In this document: positions 1 through 13,085 of the stretch, piece by piece | Numbering within the stretch: position 1 is the stretch's first letter | Layout of the letters: each line of letters begins with the position of its first letter | DNA from: Massalongia carnosa | Taxonomy: Eukaryota | DNA length: 64,000 bases | Assembly (NCBI GenBank): GCA_965645245.1 | Contig: OZ287076.1 | Span: forward strand, 496,001-560,000 | Direction: 5' to 3' | Translations under genes and position numbers: made by a program | The notes under the pieces: model-generated | What the model saw: only the letters and a program-made list of their open reading frames with translations | What the model was told of the DNA's origin: nothing | The model's database searches: none

Positions 1-797
1 ACCTAGCCTTATCTCGAATAATGTCATCGCTAAGAGGGAGGCCTTGGCGCTGATAATTCCTCGCCCAAATTGATAAAGCCCGCTCTATATCGGGAAATTT
101 TCCTTTCGATCGCTTGATGGGCGAACGGCTCCCGTCTTCAGGGTAAAGATATTTTTCTTTTTGCCGCAAGACTTTGGAAACGGTGCTGCACCAAAGATCA
201 GCCACAGAGCTAGAGCGCTGTTCCGACGATGAAATCATTACCTTCTCTCGACACCAAATAACGCTGATTAGGGGTGGTTAGCCAAAGGCACTCGAAGGCT
301 AACGATTCTCAAGACATACATCCAATCTCGGTCTGTTTGATAGTGGGGTGGTCTTCATGATACTGACACATTTTTCGGCGATCTTGATCCGTTAAAGTTT
401 TCCTCGCTGTCGATGGCGCTGGGGTGCTTATAGCTGGCGGAGCCGAATGCGACGCAGCAGTTGTTGATAGAGGAGCGAGAGCGCGAGGCAAAGGAATAGC
501 AGTAGGGGGTCCTTCGGACGGATTCGTAATTTGGCTCGGCCACTGTGGCATAATCAGAGGATGTAAGGGCGGGTTAGCGGCGTAAGAGGTGTGAATTGAA
601 CGAGTATATATGGAATCCAGCGGAACGTGGGTGGAGGACATGAAGCCATAACCATTGTATTCGTGCAACGGCGACTGATGCGGCGAGTGGTCACTAGCGA
701 TTTCTACCCATTGCCCACTCCCAAAATCCTCGTCTTGCGGAGCGGAGGGATTCTGCTCGACTTTCATGCCCATTGAGTCCATGGCCGAATCTTGCAT
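1..797 (-). CDS. CENP-B/ARS-binding-protein-like HTH (Psq + CENPB-type) DNA-binding protein; 5' part only, runs off the window start
   Basis: Exons 797-320, 263-242 and 185-1 (GT..AG introns) give ...RKTLTDQDRRKMCQYHEDHPTIKQTEIGSLFGVERSTVSKVLRQKEKYL...KGKFPDIERALSIWARN...GLPLSDDIIRDKAR, the tandem HTH pattern of CENP-B/pogo-derived proteins. Confidence 0.85.
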
Positions 798-3449
798 GAT
801 TTGAGCGGAGAGCGACGGTCAGTCGCTTTCTATTGCAGGTACCGAGGATTTAATCGACGGGGTCCGATATGTGCCCTCAGGCTCGCTCAGGTACTCACGC
901 TCGTTCCTTGCAAGCGTCCCTGTACGAGTAACGTTTCCAGCGGCAGTCTGCATGCACGATTTCATGGCAGGTCCTCGTCGAGGTAAAAAGCTAGGCACGA
1001 CCACGCAAGTCAGCGACGTGGTACCGTCATTTTCAGCATGCACCTGAAACCGAGTGCATACCTGATGATTCAACCTGACCAGACAAACGGATCCACCAGA
1101 AGAGGTTTAGATTTGGACAGAGCCGATGACCAGTTTGAATTGGATGAAAGATTATATACTGCATGAAGATAGAGGTTGCATGGCCTTTTACCGGTCGGTA
1201 AGGGTTTTTTTGGGGAAGCTGCTGTCTCAGAGGTTCTCAGAGGGGGAGTGAGGTGGGTTCGGTACATGTACCTTATACCAAGTACAGATACCGAATAATA
1301 CGGTACGAACAATACCCGATGCGGTGTAGTGTCAGTACGGAGTAACACCAAGATTTATCCGTGCTTTATCGATTGGCCGAAGGGAAGAAACCATGGAAGG
1401 AGCAAAGCATAAACATGGATGATGTCAATCCGTTCGATTAACTCAATTAATTCAAAATATTCAAAATAACGCGGATAATTCCAATAGTTCAAATAACTCG
1501 CTTTCATTAATGTCCATTCGGTTCAGTTCGCAGAGTGTGACGGATCGTTACGGTTCATCGGTTGTGTCCAGTAGCTTGTCAGTGTCAGTATTCGTTAAGT
1601 TGCAGAGTCACTAGGATACCTCGGAAAGGCACTCCAACGACTTGATAACTTGCCTTAATGCCCGGCGGGTAGGCAATGTGCGGATAGGCAGATGAAAAGG
1701 TGTAGGTGGGATTTTGACGGCGGTTGGGCTGACACTAAACTCACAGATGCTTCCCACGACGCTCTTGATCCACCTCCGACCATACATCTCAGGGTCCCAC
1801 TACACCATCATCACTCCATCCATTATACCATTTTACCTTTTTACATTACAGTTTTACCTTTTTACCATTTTACCCTTTTACCTTTTTGCTTTTTGCGTTT
1901 TACGTTTTGCTTAGTTGTACTCATTTGTGCTTCTCCTTCCCGATGATGATTTCCAACCATACGGAGGGAATAGGCAAGTCTGGAAGGACGAGGTGCTCAC
2001 TTTGGTACCGGTACGTCTAGCTCTTCATTATGACAGGCTTGGACAGGCTTGGACAGGCGCAACAGGCAAAGACTGGCGAAAGGAGAGCGAGAGCGGCGGG
2101 TGAATCGGTGAATCGCTCACTAGAGCCAAAGTATAAGTTCTTTTGGGTAAAGCGACATTTTGTGCCCGCTTTCGCCATAGGATCAGTTAATAATTAAAAT
2201 CATTCCTCGGTTTAATTGGTAATTCGATATTTTTTAAGGAGTGTGGCCCCAGCGGGCTGCATTTTCTCCTGCGAATGACATGGAATTGAATCATCCACGG
2301 CTTAAATTCGCGGCGTCCCACCAATCAGCGTCTAGCGTCAGCCTGATATTGTTCCAATCATTTTTATTTACAAAATCGCAAGATAAGATCTTCCCATCTG
2401 ATACCCACTTCTCGCTTGTCGTCCACAAATGAGGGATTTGCTGCCAATTCTGGGACTGGCATCACGAGATCCGAAAGGGGACTCGATACTTTTCGTCAGC
2501 TCACGAGGAGAGTCGGCCTCTTGTGGATGATTGGAATAGCATCAAAAGTCTAACACGACGTGATCCCATTTTCTGCGATGGCATCAACCGACGCCGCGGG
2601 TAGTGTAGGCCAGATGACAGTTCTGAAGCGAAGGGAAATGGGCGTTGCTGCCCATTGACAGGGCGTTCTGCCGGCACCTGATGCTTGGCTGACCCGCCCT
2701 TAGCGGGGGAACAACCCAAATCCCTTGAACACAATGACACACTTGAGCCCTTGACGGAGCGATGGGCAGGCCCGTGCTCTAACTGCCACGGGTGCGACAT
2801 CGGGCTCCCCATAACATCGCATGATATGGAACCCCAACTACAGAGTACAGAGTACCTATACCACCTATACCCTCCCCTCCCCCCCCCAAATTGTAGACGT
2901 GGAGAACATGAACGTAAGTCTGTACGTCCTCAACCACGAAGTATCTATGTCTAAATAACCATTGGCGCTACGCCAGATAGGACCAAGAAAATCCTAGCTT
3001 TCTCGTGGATCGATCCAACTTTGCTCCCCCTCCACTAAGCGCTGATCGTCTTCGCATCCTTCACGGCGTCGAATGACATCGACCCCATGGTCGCTATGAA
3101 CGTCATTCGTCGCATTCCCTTCCACAAATACTATCTGAAAGATCCGGGGTACTAGCTCTGCACAACATGAGGCGTCTGTGTTGCCCAGCCCCTAACAATT
3201 AATAAACCGTGTCCCTTTTGATCGTAATGCGTAATTTCCACTCAATAGTCAATACAAAAAAATGGTCTCGACCCCGAGGAATCTGCTCAAGATGATTGCC
3301 CATAGCCAACTACCCTGCGTGGAGGACGTTTCAGCTGTCAATAACGTCAGGGCAATGGCTTGCACTTGCACTTGTTCGGCGCATGCTTTCCCTGTTCTAT
3401 CTGCATCCCGTGATAAGGGCAGCCCCCCGGCGGAAGTGATCTGCGTGTC

Positions 3450-4934
3450 TCACCGTTTGATGATAGTGACTGGCGAGAGTCAGCACAGCCTAGTACAGTA
3501 GAGCATCAGATACGCGAGGGGATACAGACTAATGTCTTCATCAGCGAGCTCATGCGAGAGGCCCACTCGCTGCGGCTGATGCTTCACGGATTGCCCATAA
3601 ACGATTGCATGCTTGAATTGCTCCACGATAGTCTTGTGAATTGCATTGCACTTTCGTTCTTGTCAGCCATGATCAGCAGGATAGAGAAGAGAAACCCACA
3701 AAATCCTCCACAGTGCATGCGTTCTTTCTGAGTACCACAGGCGTATTGTAGTCAGGAGATTTGCCCTTTGGCTTGGTATAGATTCGTCGAAGCTGGAGTT
3801 TCTCCCACATCTGCTCGAGTAGCTCGTCGATGTTCCATCCGTGTTCGGAGCTGATCGGGCAAGCGTTAGGAATCCGATAAATTAGGTCAAGCTCTTCGAT
3901 CGATATGGAGTCTATCTTGTTCAATGCATAGATAACAGGAATGTAGCTTCTACTCTTGGCCTCCAGGACATCGATGAGGTCGTCGATAGTTGCATCACAG
4001 CGAATGGCGATGTCCGCTGAAGAAATCTTATACTCGCTCATCACAGCTTTGATCTCCTGTACGTTGTTAGCAGCATAACCTCCGGCTGCAAAGAGAAGAC
4101 CAACTTCGTGATCAATGTGAGTCAGTGGAACCGTGCTCGTGATGCTGACTCCACCTTTATCTTTCTTCCGAAATACGATATTAGGTGGGTCCTTGTTGAT
4201 ACGAATACCAAAGCCTTCCAGTTCAGCCTCAATGACTCGTTTCTCCGTTAAAGGCTTGTTAACATCCAAAACAATGAAGATAAGATGGCAAGTCTTTGCA
4301 ACAGCGATGACTTGACGACCCCGACCTTTACCGTCCTTGGCTCCCTGGATAATTCCAGGCAAGTCAAGCATCTGGATAGCCGCGCCGTTATACTGAACTT
4401 GGCCCGGAACGGTAGTTAGAGTAGTGAACTCATATGCAGCAACTGTCAAGAATCAATTCCTGTCAACCATGATGTACTAGCAATCCCAACCCTCTGAATG
4501 CTGTCCGGTCAATTTGCTCATCAGCGTGCTCTTCCCAACCGAGGGAAATCCTATGAAACCAACGCTGGCGACACCAGTCCGAGCGACATCGAAACCGGCT
4601 GTTGAGTATTAACACCGTGCTCCTAAGTGGAGAAACTTCATATACTCACAGCCCCCTCCACCTCCACTTGAAGATGGCGTCAATAGCTCTCTCCGTAACT
4701 TCGCAAGTTTTGCTTTCAGCTGCCCCAAGTGATAAGACGTAGCCTTGTTCTTCTGGGTTTCTTTCGGGTAAAGTTGAGCCTCGCCGGATTTTTAAAAGAA
4801 AACTGGGCTATAACTTACTGGACATTTCGGCCTCGACATCTTTAATCTACGGGTGTGAAACATCAGCTCCTGTTTACCTTCAAGCGTAATATACTGATTG
4901 TTGCCGTACGCACCTTATCTGCAGTTGTAGCCAT
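3450..4934 (-). CDS. RBG1: Developmentally regulated GTP-binding protein (DRG1/Rbg1, OBG family with TGS domain), multi-intron
   Basis: Spliced product [43 protein letters not shown]...[25 protein letters not shown]...AAYEFTTLT...[19 protein letters not shown]...NKID...TIIKR*. The N-terminus is DRG1-type. Includes an in-frame 48-nt intron at 4057-4104. Confidence 0.95.
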
Positions 4935-5079
4935 CTTGCCGGTGGTGAGAGAACGAACGTCCGCAGAATTTCGCAAGATGGATCGAAGGATAGCGATTTC
5001 CGCTGGCGGGTTTGTGTGTTAGTTGCAGTGTTCTTTTTTCAACCTTACAGGGCTGAGCCGAAATCAACTGATGCCACTA

Positions 5080-6971
5080 ACCGTGCGGCTCACCTCCATG
5101 ACGCCATGACGCATTTCTCAAACTATTTACATTATATCCATTAATTGACCCTTTCAAAATGAAGCTATTCAAAATCAAAGGCTGACGTTCAGCTATCCAG
5201 CTTTCGGCCTTTTTACCCACCAAGCCAAACCGTTTAGCTATCGCTTTTCCATAGAGAAATATTTTTTTTGTCTAGCCGTCCCAGCACGCTTTGGACGACC
5301 CTCCTCCCTTTCCACCTCTTCTTGGGTACGATGTAGGTGATTGTGCCTCACATCTCGAACGGTAACGATTCCTCCCTTCTGAACAACGGTGCCAGCAAGC
5401 TTTTTTCGGGCCCTTTTAGCTTATGCAGCTGTATGTGTGGCTTGCAAGTCGCGTTGCGTCAATTCTAGTAAATTAGCGTTTGCAACCGACCCTTTGATAA
5501 AACGTCGCATTCTTTCTGGAGTAATTTCTTTATTATTATTCATTCGCTGAATAATGTTTTCCCCTTCCTTAGCAACATCTTTGGGCTTTTTGGGGGTATG
5601 AGGTAGGATTATTGTCTCCGAAGATGATATTGGTAGTGGTGGTAATGCCGAATTTAAAGCACGAATTTTGGTCAAGACTACCTCCGGATTGTAAGGTATC
5701 AACCCAGTTTTTTCCCAGGCTGATTTGATAGTAGATGATTTGAATGCCTTTGTACGAAATTGATTGAATGCGGCCAGAAAATCCCAGACGATTGAAGTCA
5801 ACGTCACCCCAACCGAATGGCGTTGTCAACCGCTTCAGCATGATAATGTTTCATTGGCTGAAAAACGCCAACGTCCAATGGCTGCGGCAAATGGGTTGAA
5901 TGGGGGGGTAATCTGAATAAACAAATCTTATTTTCTTTCGAATATTCCCAAAATTCATACGTTAGATGAGATCCATATCCATCCAACAAAAGAAGCCTAA
6001 ACGCTCCTTTTTGAACCTTTTTTGAATGAGCATTAAAATGCTTTAACCACTCTAATGCTAGAAAATCATTCGAATAGCCGCTATCGCTTGTAGTCAACAC
6101 GATATCATCTTTCAAATCATTCTCTAAGGCCCATTTGTGAAGTATGTTGACCCCTTTCAAAATCAAAAAGGATGGAACGCTTCCGCCAACTCCACTGATG
6201 CATTCGACCGAAGCTATATAGTCTCGATTGTCTGGATCAGCGATCATAATGCGTTTATGTGATGATAGTGTCACCACCAAATGGGTTACCCCACAGCCAA
6301 CTCGAAAGCCTGTCTCATCCATATTCCATATATCATCTGGAGTTATACCAAGAAGGGCTACAGTCGGTTGAAATGAAGAGAAATAAGTTTGAATATCCGT
6401 AACATTGTGAGCGTTTTTCCTTTCGGCTGCTAATGGCTTGCCTTTTTGCATGAAAAATTGGGGATTTCTTTTCAAGAATCGTCCGGTCCAGCATTTTCCT
6501 ACGCGGGTGAGAGAAGATGAAGACGAGGAAGGATGTTGCAATTGCAACAAATAATTAGCTGCACCGCGAATCAATGGCAATCTCATTGATAATTCAATTT
6601 CATCAAGAAATTCAATATAATCCTTCAAGGCTAGTTCTAGTGCAGCAGAGAGCCTCATATTGACTGCTTTTCGCTTGCTATATCCATGTAGTCTTATTTG
6701 AAATAGACGAGGTGAAATATCGAATTCTTTGGCACAGGCTGCGGCTGATTTGTATTTGTTCTTTGCAAATGCATCTAAGGCCTTTGCAATGTTAGCCTCT
6801 CGTTTCTTGTACGAATCAGACATGATGTGGTTGAATAGTAAATGGTTGATGATAGATGATAGAAAATTTATAAAAATGCGTCATGGAGATGATAGCGTCA
6901 TGGAGATGATAGCGTCATGGAGCACCCTGAGCGGAGCTGTCCATCGGATTTAGTTACCTCGTTCGCACGGT
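5080..6971 (-). mobile_element. pogo/Fot1-like DNA transposon (Tc1/mariner superfamily)
   Basis: Terminal inverted ACCGTGCG at 5080-5087 and CGCACGGT at 6964-6971, flanked by TA at 5078-5079 and 6972-6973. Subterminal CTCCATGACGC repeats occur at both ends, and a transposase lies inside. Confidence 0.92.
5150..6823 (-). pseudogene. Disrupted pogo/Fot1 DDE_1 transposase
   Basis: Motifs WNMDETGF, LLLLDGYGSH and PPHSTHLPQPLDVGVF. Frameshifts at about 5783-5810. In-frame TAA at 5421-5423, after which the frame continues AKRARKKLAGTVVQKGGIVTV. The 3' end is approximate. Confidence 0.9.
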
Positions 6972-7785
6972 TAATCCTCCGCTCTCATACCAAGCATCGC
7001 CTACAGTTTCCGCTACACGGTCGCTTGGATACTGATCTTGCATGTGCATGAGGAACATCAATTCAAAGGTCATCTGCTCAGGTTGCCATGCACGTCATAC
7101 CCACAATCAAAAAGGTACGATACATACTCTGTACTCCCTTATCGGGTCGGCATGGTTGCATTAACATCCCCTTTTCGATACATCCTGCCCTCCCCAGCCG
7201 CAGTAGCCTCCGTTTTGAGACTAATGCGTGAAAGCCACACTTCATTCAGCAGCCAGTCGATCATCTTCAAATCTGCATCGTCCTCTATTAGTTAGTTTAC
7301 CGTGTCGCTGCCCAACCAACCTGCCCTGCAGTTATTCACTATGTATAATTCCTCTCTTCCCTTGAGAAGCTATCCTCTAGATTTATTAGAGTATTAAAAG
7401 CCACATACTGCGATTTCTAGGAAACCGCGCTGCGATAAGTACTTTTGGGCCATAAATGTGGTCTGCCCTTTCAGGGATTCCATGTCATCTAACATACCTC
7501 TAAATCACCCTCCAATACTGTATGCTCTGAGAGAAGGGGACGGATCTAGCATCTCTTCCTTTCGCAAATAGGCTCTCCATCAAGCGCACCTTTTATTGAA
7601 TTCCCACAGGGCGTGCTTGCATCCAAAGCGAGCGTTACTCGTGCGTCTTATTGCAGCATCCATTATCTTCAAGGGCTATATCTTTACGTTCGAGTCACCG
7701 GTCAATCACCTGATATGCAGACGCGTCTTTCGGTACTGGAATGAATACCATGTCGAAAGGCAATCTAGGCTTGGCAGAGTATATC

Positions 7786-7890
7786 GATCCCAGACCCATC
7801 GATCCCAGGCCCATCGATCCCAGGCCCATCGATCCCAGGCCCATCGATCCCAGGCCCATCGATCCCAGGCCCATCGATCCCAGGCCCATC
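7786..7890. repeat. Minisatellite, 7 x 15 bp GATCCCAGGCCCATC (first unit has one mismatch)
   Basis: Read directly from the sequence. Confidence 0.97.
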
Positions 7891-8753
7891 GGTTCCACTG
7901 CCTTCTTTCAATTCTTCCCTGAATGACCTAGTTTTTTGGGGCCAGGAGCATCTTGTGTAGGGTGATTCGGATTTCAAAGTTCTTTGGGGAACAGGTTAGC
8001 AATTTAAAGTATAATATTAGGGGCAGGAAAATTGAGTCATACGTTCAAATGTGTTCTGTACCTTCCGGCTTGAATATACGCTGTGCAGGAGTTTCCAGGA
8101 TCGAGTATGTTTGCGAATCAAATCCCGTTCTTGCCCTCTGCTTCATTGCAAAACCTCTAGCGTGGAAAAGAAATGCTGTTGAATGAAACTTTATTCTTCA
8201 TACCTGCCCTCATATGCTTCTAGAATGCCGGATTTACTTTACAACAACATACGTCGCGAATCCCCAGGAGAACCCAATCCCAAACGTCATTGACCTCTAT
8301 TTTCTCCCTTAGTGATAAATAAAACGCCAATCCCAAATGATAGATAGTTGCTTCTCCCTTCGCCTCTTTGACCAAAGATAAAAGAAAAAGGGCATTTTGT
8401 AAAAAACGCCGGGTATCGAGAAGCGACCAAAAGGTTAAGATGAGAAAGGAAAGAAGGCTCGTGCTCTAGAACGTAAAGAATATGCTCGTTGAAACGCCCA
8501 CCCCCATTTGATTCTCTCCTGAAGTTGACCGTTGCTCCCGCGTGTTTTTGCAGTGTGATAATGCGTAAGATACAAATGACGAAGATCTTCCAGCCCGCAT
8601 GCAAATGTAAAGAGGAAATGCAAAATAACGAATTCACAGAAAATAAGTTGTGCACTCGTTGAGACCCTCCCTAGCTGTTACCTATTCTCCCAAAATCGCT
8701 TGTTCCACCGTTGACATGTCCTGCTATATACATTACCCGTCGTAATTAGATCT

Positions 8754-11700
8754 TCAATTATCGTTTCCGGCTCGGCTCCATGGATGCTCCATCACCTGAG
8801 TAATCGAGATGCGTTGATCGACATCACGGTTTAGCATTGATTGGATGAGATCAATCGAGGCATCACTCATGACCCATGGAATCCGGAGCTCATGGTCCAT
8901 GATCTCGTCGATACTGTAGAAAGGATTTTCTTTGTACACGAGCGTATATAGCAATATTCCTAGCGCCCAAACATCTTGTTCTTTACCGCGGTAGGATTTC
9001 CCTTGCAGGACCTCAGGAGCAGCATAATCTATATTACGAAAAGAGGTAAGTTAACAAATTATGCCCCTATTAGAATTCTGTAGGTTTATAATTATTCTTA
9101 CCGATTGTTCCCACGAAAACATCAAACGGACCATTTTTAATATAAGCCGCGCTACCAAAGTCGATGAGTTTGACTTTGTTCTCGCCGTCTAGGATAATAT
9201 TCTCGTCCTTAATGTCCCTATGGACCACTAAAGCCTTGGTGTGAAGGTGATGCAGCGCAGCTACGACTTGGAGAAAAATGTTCCGACACTCGGCTTCGTC
9301 CATGGTCGATCGCATTTCAATGTAGTCAAACAAGTCCATGCCTGGAAGACCATGAGGCACCATCTCAATGTAGTAATTTATGTCATCTTCAAAGAAGTCG
9401 GTCATCTCAACGATGTTAGGATGTCGATAGCCGTCTTTTCGGAGGTAATCGAGGACATGGATTTCCAAGGGCACCGTTCCAAGTTTTCGGTCTCGGGTCC
9501 AAGTATCTACTAAAATCCGTTTTTTGGTCACGTACTTGAGAACTACCTTTTTGCCACCATTTTTCGAGTACCTAGCTAGTTTGACCTGCCCGTACGCTCC
9601 TTGTCCCATTTCTTCGAGTATGCCAAAGTCAGTAATCGTCTTTTTCTTAGGCGGCTCCCTTGGTTTGCTTATTGCAACGGCTGGTTTTGGAGTGCTAAGA
9701 GCGTATTTTGGGGATATATCCGATATTGGCTGTGAAGCTGCTTCTTGTATCTGCTGTGACAAGAGCGAAACGGGTGATACCTCCCGCTTCGCATTATCAT
9801 CGGAGTCAACCTGTGGAGAATCTGTCCGACCGAGCTGACCGGGAGAAGGTTGCCGCGGTGTGCCTGGCCCAGATAACATCGGTGAGGATGATCCATCGGG
9901 ATGAAGACCGGAATGAAAATGACGTGAATAGGTAACCCATAGCGCAAAAACGACCTCTGACATGTCCACCAAGCCATGGTTGTCGCCTGATTCATCGGCA
10001 GAATCTTCGCTCTTCTCCTCAATCACGGTATCGTCAGAAATAGGGGTTTCGCTCCGTACTACCCGCATTTGAACGTCGACATGGATATCTGATCCATCAC
10101 GATGGCGCGCCACAAGCCCGGTGGTTTGATGGAAGATCGCCGCAGCATCCGTGTCCGTGTTACGGTCCCGCAAAACCAACAGTGCACGTGCTCTACGAAA
10201 GCTATGTTCCGGTATCACAATGCCATCAGTCATGATGATGTCTTCCTCATCGATGAGAACTTGTAACATTTTATCAAATAGAGGTATCAGATTATTGATA
10301 ACCAGTCCATCAGGATTGGAGTATCCGAAAAGCGCTGCGGAAAATACCGAATTTGAGCTTTTGATTTCCAGGGTTGTAGCTGACAGCACCATGATTCCAG
10401 CAATGTGTGGAAAACTCGAGATGCGCAAAGTTTGAAATTCTGAATCTACGGTGATGGATGTAGGAATGCTGATGCGTTCGGAATTCTGAGCAGCATAGTA
10501 TTGAATATTATTGACGGTGCCGAAATCTACAAGTGGCCCAATTGAGCTGGAAGAAGTTGGAAGCTTCGGGACGAGTTGTCGAATGTCTGTCCCGGAAGGA
10601 ATTACAGCGTCACCCCAGATGGCTCCAGTTGCTCCACTCGTGTGTGTAATGCGACCGTCTTTATCAATGCCTATGCATGCGACATCTTCGATGATCTCTT
10701 CCAAAACCCAAATAAGACCTCCCCGTTTCTCCTTAACCCATAAACTCGCGGATCCAGTATTTCCGTTACGTTTTTGAATCGGCACAACATCACCACATAG
10801 AAGTACACCACGCGATTTGTTTGATTGGTGGTTTTGGCGTCCTTTCGGTTTCTTCTTAGCATGGCTGGAGTCGCTGATACTGTCGCTTAGGGCTCTCTGC
10901 TTGGCAATTTGCCGCGAGGAAGGTTTGCTAAGCAAATGCGCTGTGACTCCACTCCTCATCGTGATTGAGGTTGGACTTGGAGTTATTCGGGTACCTCTAC
11001 CACTACTTTGACGGGACTTGGCCGCAGCTTCGGAGCCTGGTGAGTTGAGTCTCTCCTCAAGCCAGCTTCTCCGATCTTCTCTCACAACCTCAAGGATGCC
11101 CAATTTTCTAACTTCCGCTTTCGTAACGCCAAACACGAGACAAGCGAGGTCATTGGCAGCAAGTATTGTCCAAGGAGCGTGAGCCAGGGTGGTAAAAACG
11201 GCCTGTGCGGCGGGTACCCAGCGGTTAGCATGCCCGTGCACAACATTGGCGCCAGGAATCAAGGGAATACCAAGTCCGGTAACGGTTGTTGGAGAAAGTA
11301 TGAGGTGGTCATTATTACTTTCCCTCGCCGAATATGGTCTCGCTAATACTTCGACAAATTTGGTTTGTAGGGTGAGAAGAGATATATCGGTGTTTGTGCG
11401 CTTGAGTCTAGGTTGTTCTGGTATGACGCTTGCATTCTTCAGCCCAAACGAACTACCACGAGGTGACTGAGATTCTTCAGCCTCGGGGATTACGGTTTCA
11501 TCGATCTGAGACTGTTTAGGTTGACTTGATCCTGGTCCACAAGGCTCGATGTATTGTGTACTTTCCTGACCTGCAGAAACATCCTCTAATTGATTTGGAC
11601 TGTGTGAACGTGGTATGGGAGTCTTTTCAAAGGTATTCATTCCATCAACATTTGCAGGGCCAGTCAGAGGCCCATGAAAATCCCGTAGTTTCTGAGCATT

Positions 11701-12501
11701 GGTCAAGTCCTCGCCCATAATATTCGCCCGGGCAAGCAGCTCCATCATACTTTGGATTTCTGAATCGCCGCTCACTTTTGCCTGAGCCGTTATAAGTCCA
11801 GGGTGACTTGTGCTCCATCCTAGCCTCTCGCGCATAAAGTCCAATGTCCTTTTCAGGAGATTCTGACGGCTGTGTAGCACATCCTCGGATTGGTGAGCAA
11901 AAGAGAATGAGTGTAGAGACTCGGAGGGGAATCTAGTAAGATCTTCGCCCAAGCCAAGCGTTGGTGAGGTAGGACCACAGGGTGAGAACGCTCGGGCAGA
12001 CGATGGGCCAGATGTCATCGACGCAGATCTTGCAGGAAATGTGAACGAGGACTCTGGAGAAGGTGGATGAGAAGGATTTCGAGACGGTGCCCGTGATGCG
12101 GGTTGTTGGCGTATTCGTCGTAGGCCCGATACACCCAATCCATGTTCATGTTCGGCCACGATGGGCGAGAAAGTTGCTGTCTCCACTTCCGAAACGAAGC
12201 CAGTATCGATGGAAGACCGTGCTCTTTTCTTATCTCCATTCTTCCCAGCCATCCCGAAAAGGTTTCCTGTGCTCCGATTCTTCGGAAATGGTATTATATT
12301 GGCTGGCATTTCTGAGACGCGCTGGAAGTTGGATTGACGCAAATCCGGATCATCTGATTGAAGAATCGAGTCAGCGGGGCAATCAGATATATAGGTTGAG
12401 TAATTTCCCAATAAGGGCAGAAAACTCTGGTCTAAACGGACCAAATCTGTTGAAGAGGTATCTAGTGGCTTCCCGTGTCGCAAGGTTGAGCTCACCGTCA
12501 T
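8754..12501 (-). CDS. PSK1: PAS domain-containing Ser/Thr kinase (Psk1/Psk2/PASK family)
   Basis: C-terminal kinase with GQGAYGQV, KKRILVDTWTRDRKLGTVPLEIHVL, HRDIKDEN and DFG. Intron 9029-9101 joins to DYAAPEVLQG. PAS-like AVFTT..PWTILAANDLACLVFG. PSK1 versus PSK2 is not resolvable. Confidence 0.92.
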
Positions 12502-13085
12502 CGCGCGGTCCTAAATCAGGCATACTTCGAAAATATGCTCCAGACTAACTAACCCCTCTGGCCGCGACTGAGTTTGTAGATACTGTAGACAGCGACTCTC
12601 GCCGTGGCCAGAGAGTGTCAGTCGTGAGGGTCGCATAGGATGTTCACATATCACTGCACGAAGCCGCCGAAATCACGCTGTTGGGAGCACCCCGTGATCA
12701 AGCAGAACGACAAAATCTTATGGACTGTAAATAATAACTTTTCAACGAATAATCAGCAAGAAGTTCAAACAGCAACACCGGGCCTTCACATTCCAGACGT
12801 GAAGGTAGAGAGTATCGTTACATGCACCGTGTGAAGATGGGAGATGGACGGGAAAAACATAGGCAGACGTGGCAGACTTCACTTCGACATTCCATCATTC
12901 TGGAGCTTCTCTCGCTCGACAAGGCAAGGTTCAGTGGAGATTGACGTTTTCATCATCTTCCCATAGATACAGTCTGGATCACCAACTGTGTTCATGCATA
13001 GCGTTCTGGCTTGAAGAGAAAGAAGCAAATGCGGACCGATATGTAATCCCAATGGCTCTGCGAAGCGATCAACTTTACCCGCGTC

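Noticed and set aside
1692..1946. ORFs rich in F/L/Y/T
   Set aside because: They are produced by a degenerate TTTTACC low-complexity repeat (about 1826-1890) and show no coding signal.
7786..7890. Regular repeat resembling a CRISPR array
   Set aside because: The units are head-to-tail with no spacers, in a eukaryotic context; it is a minisatellite.
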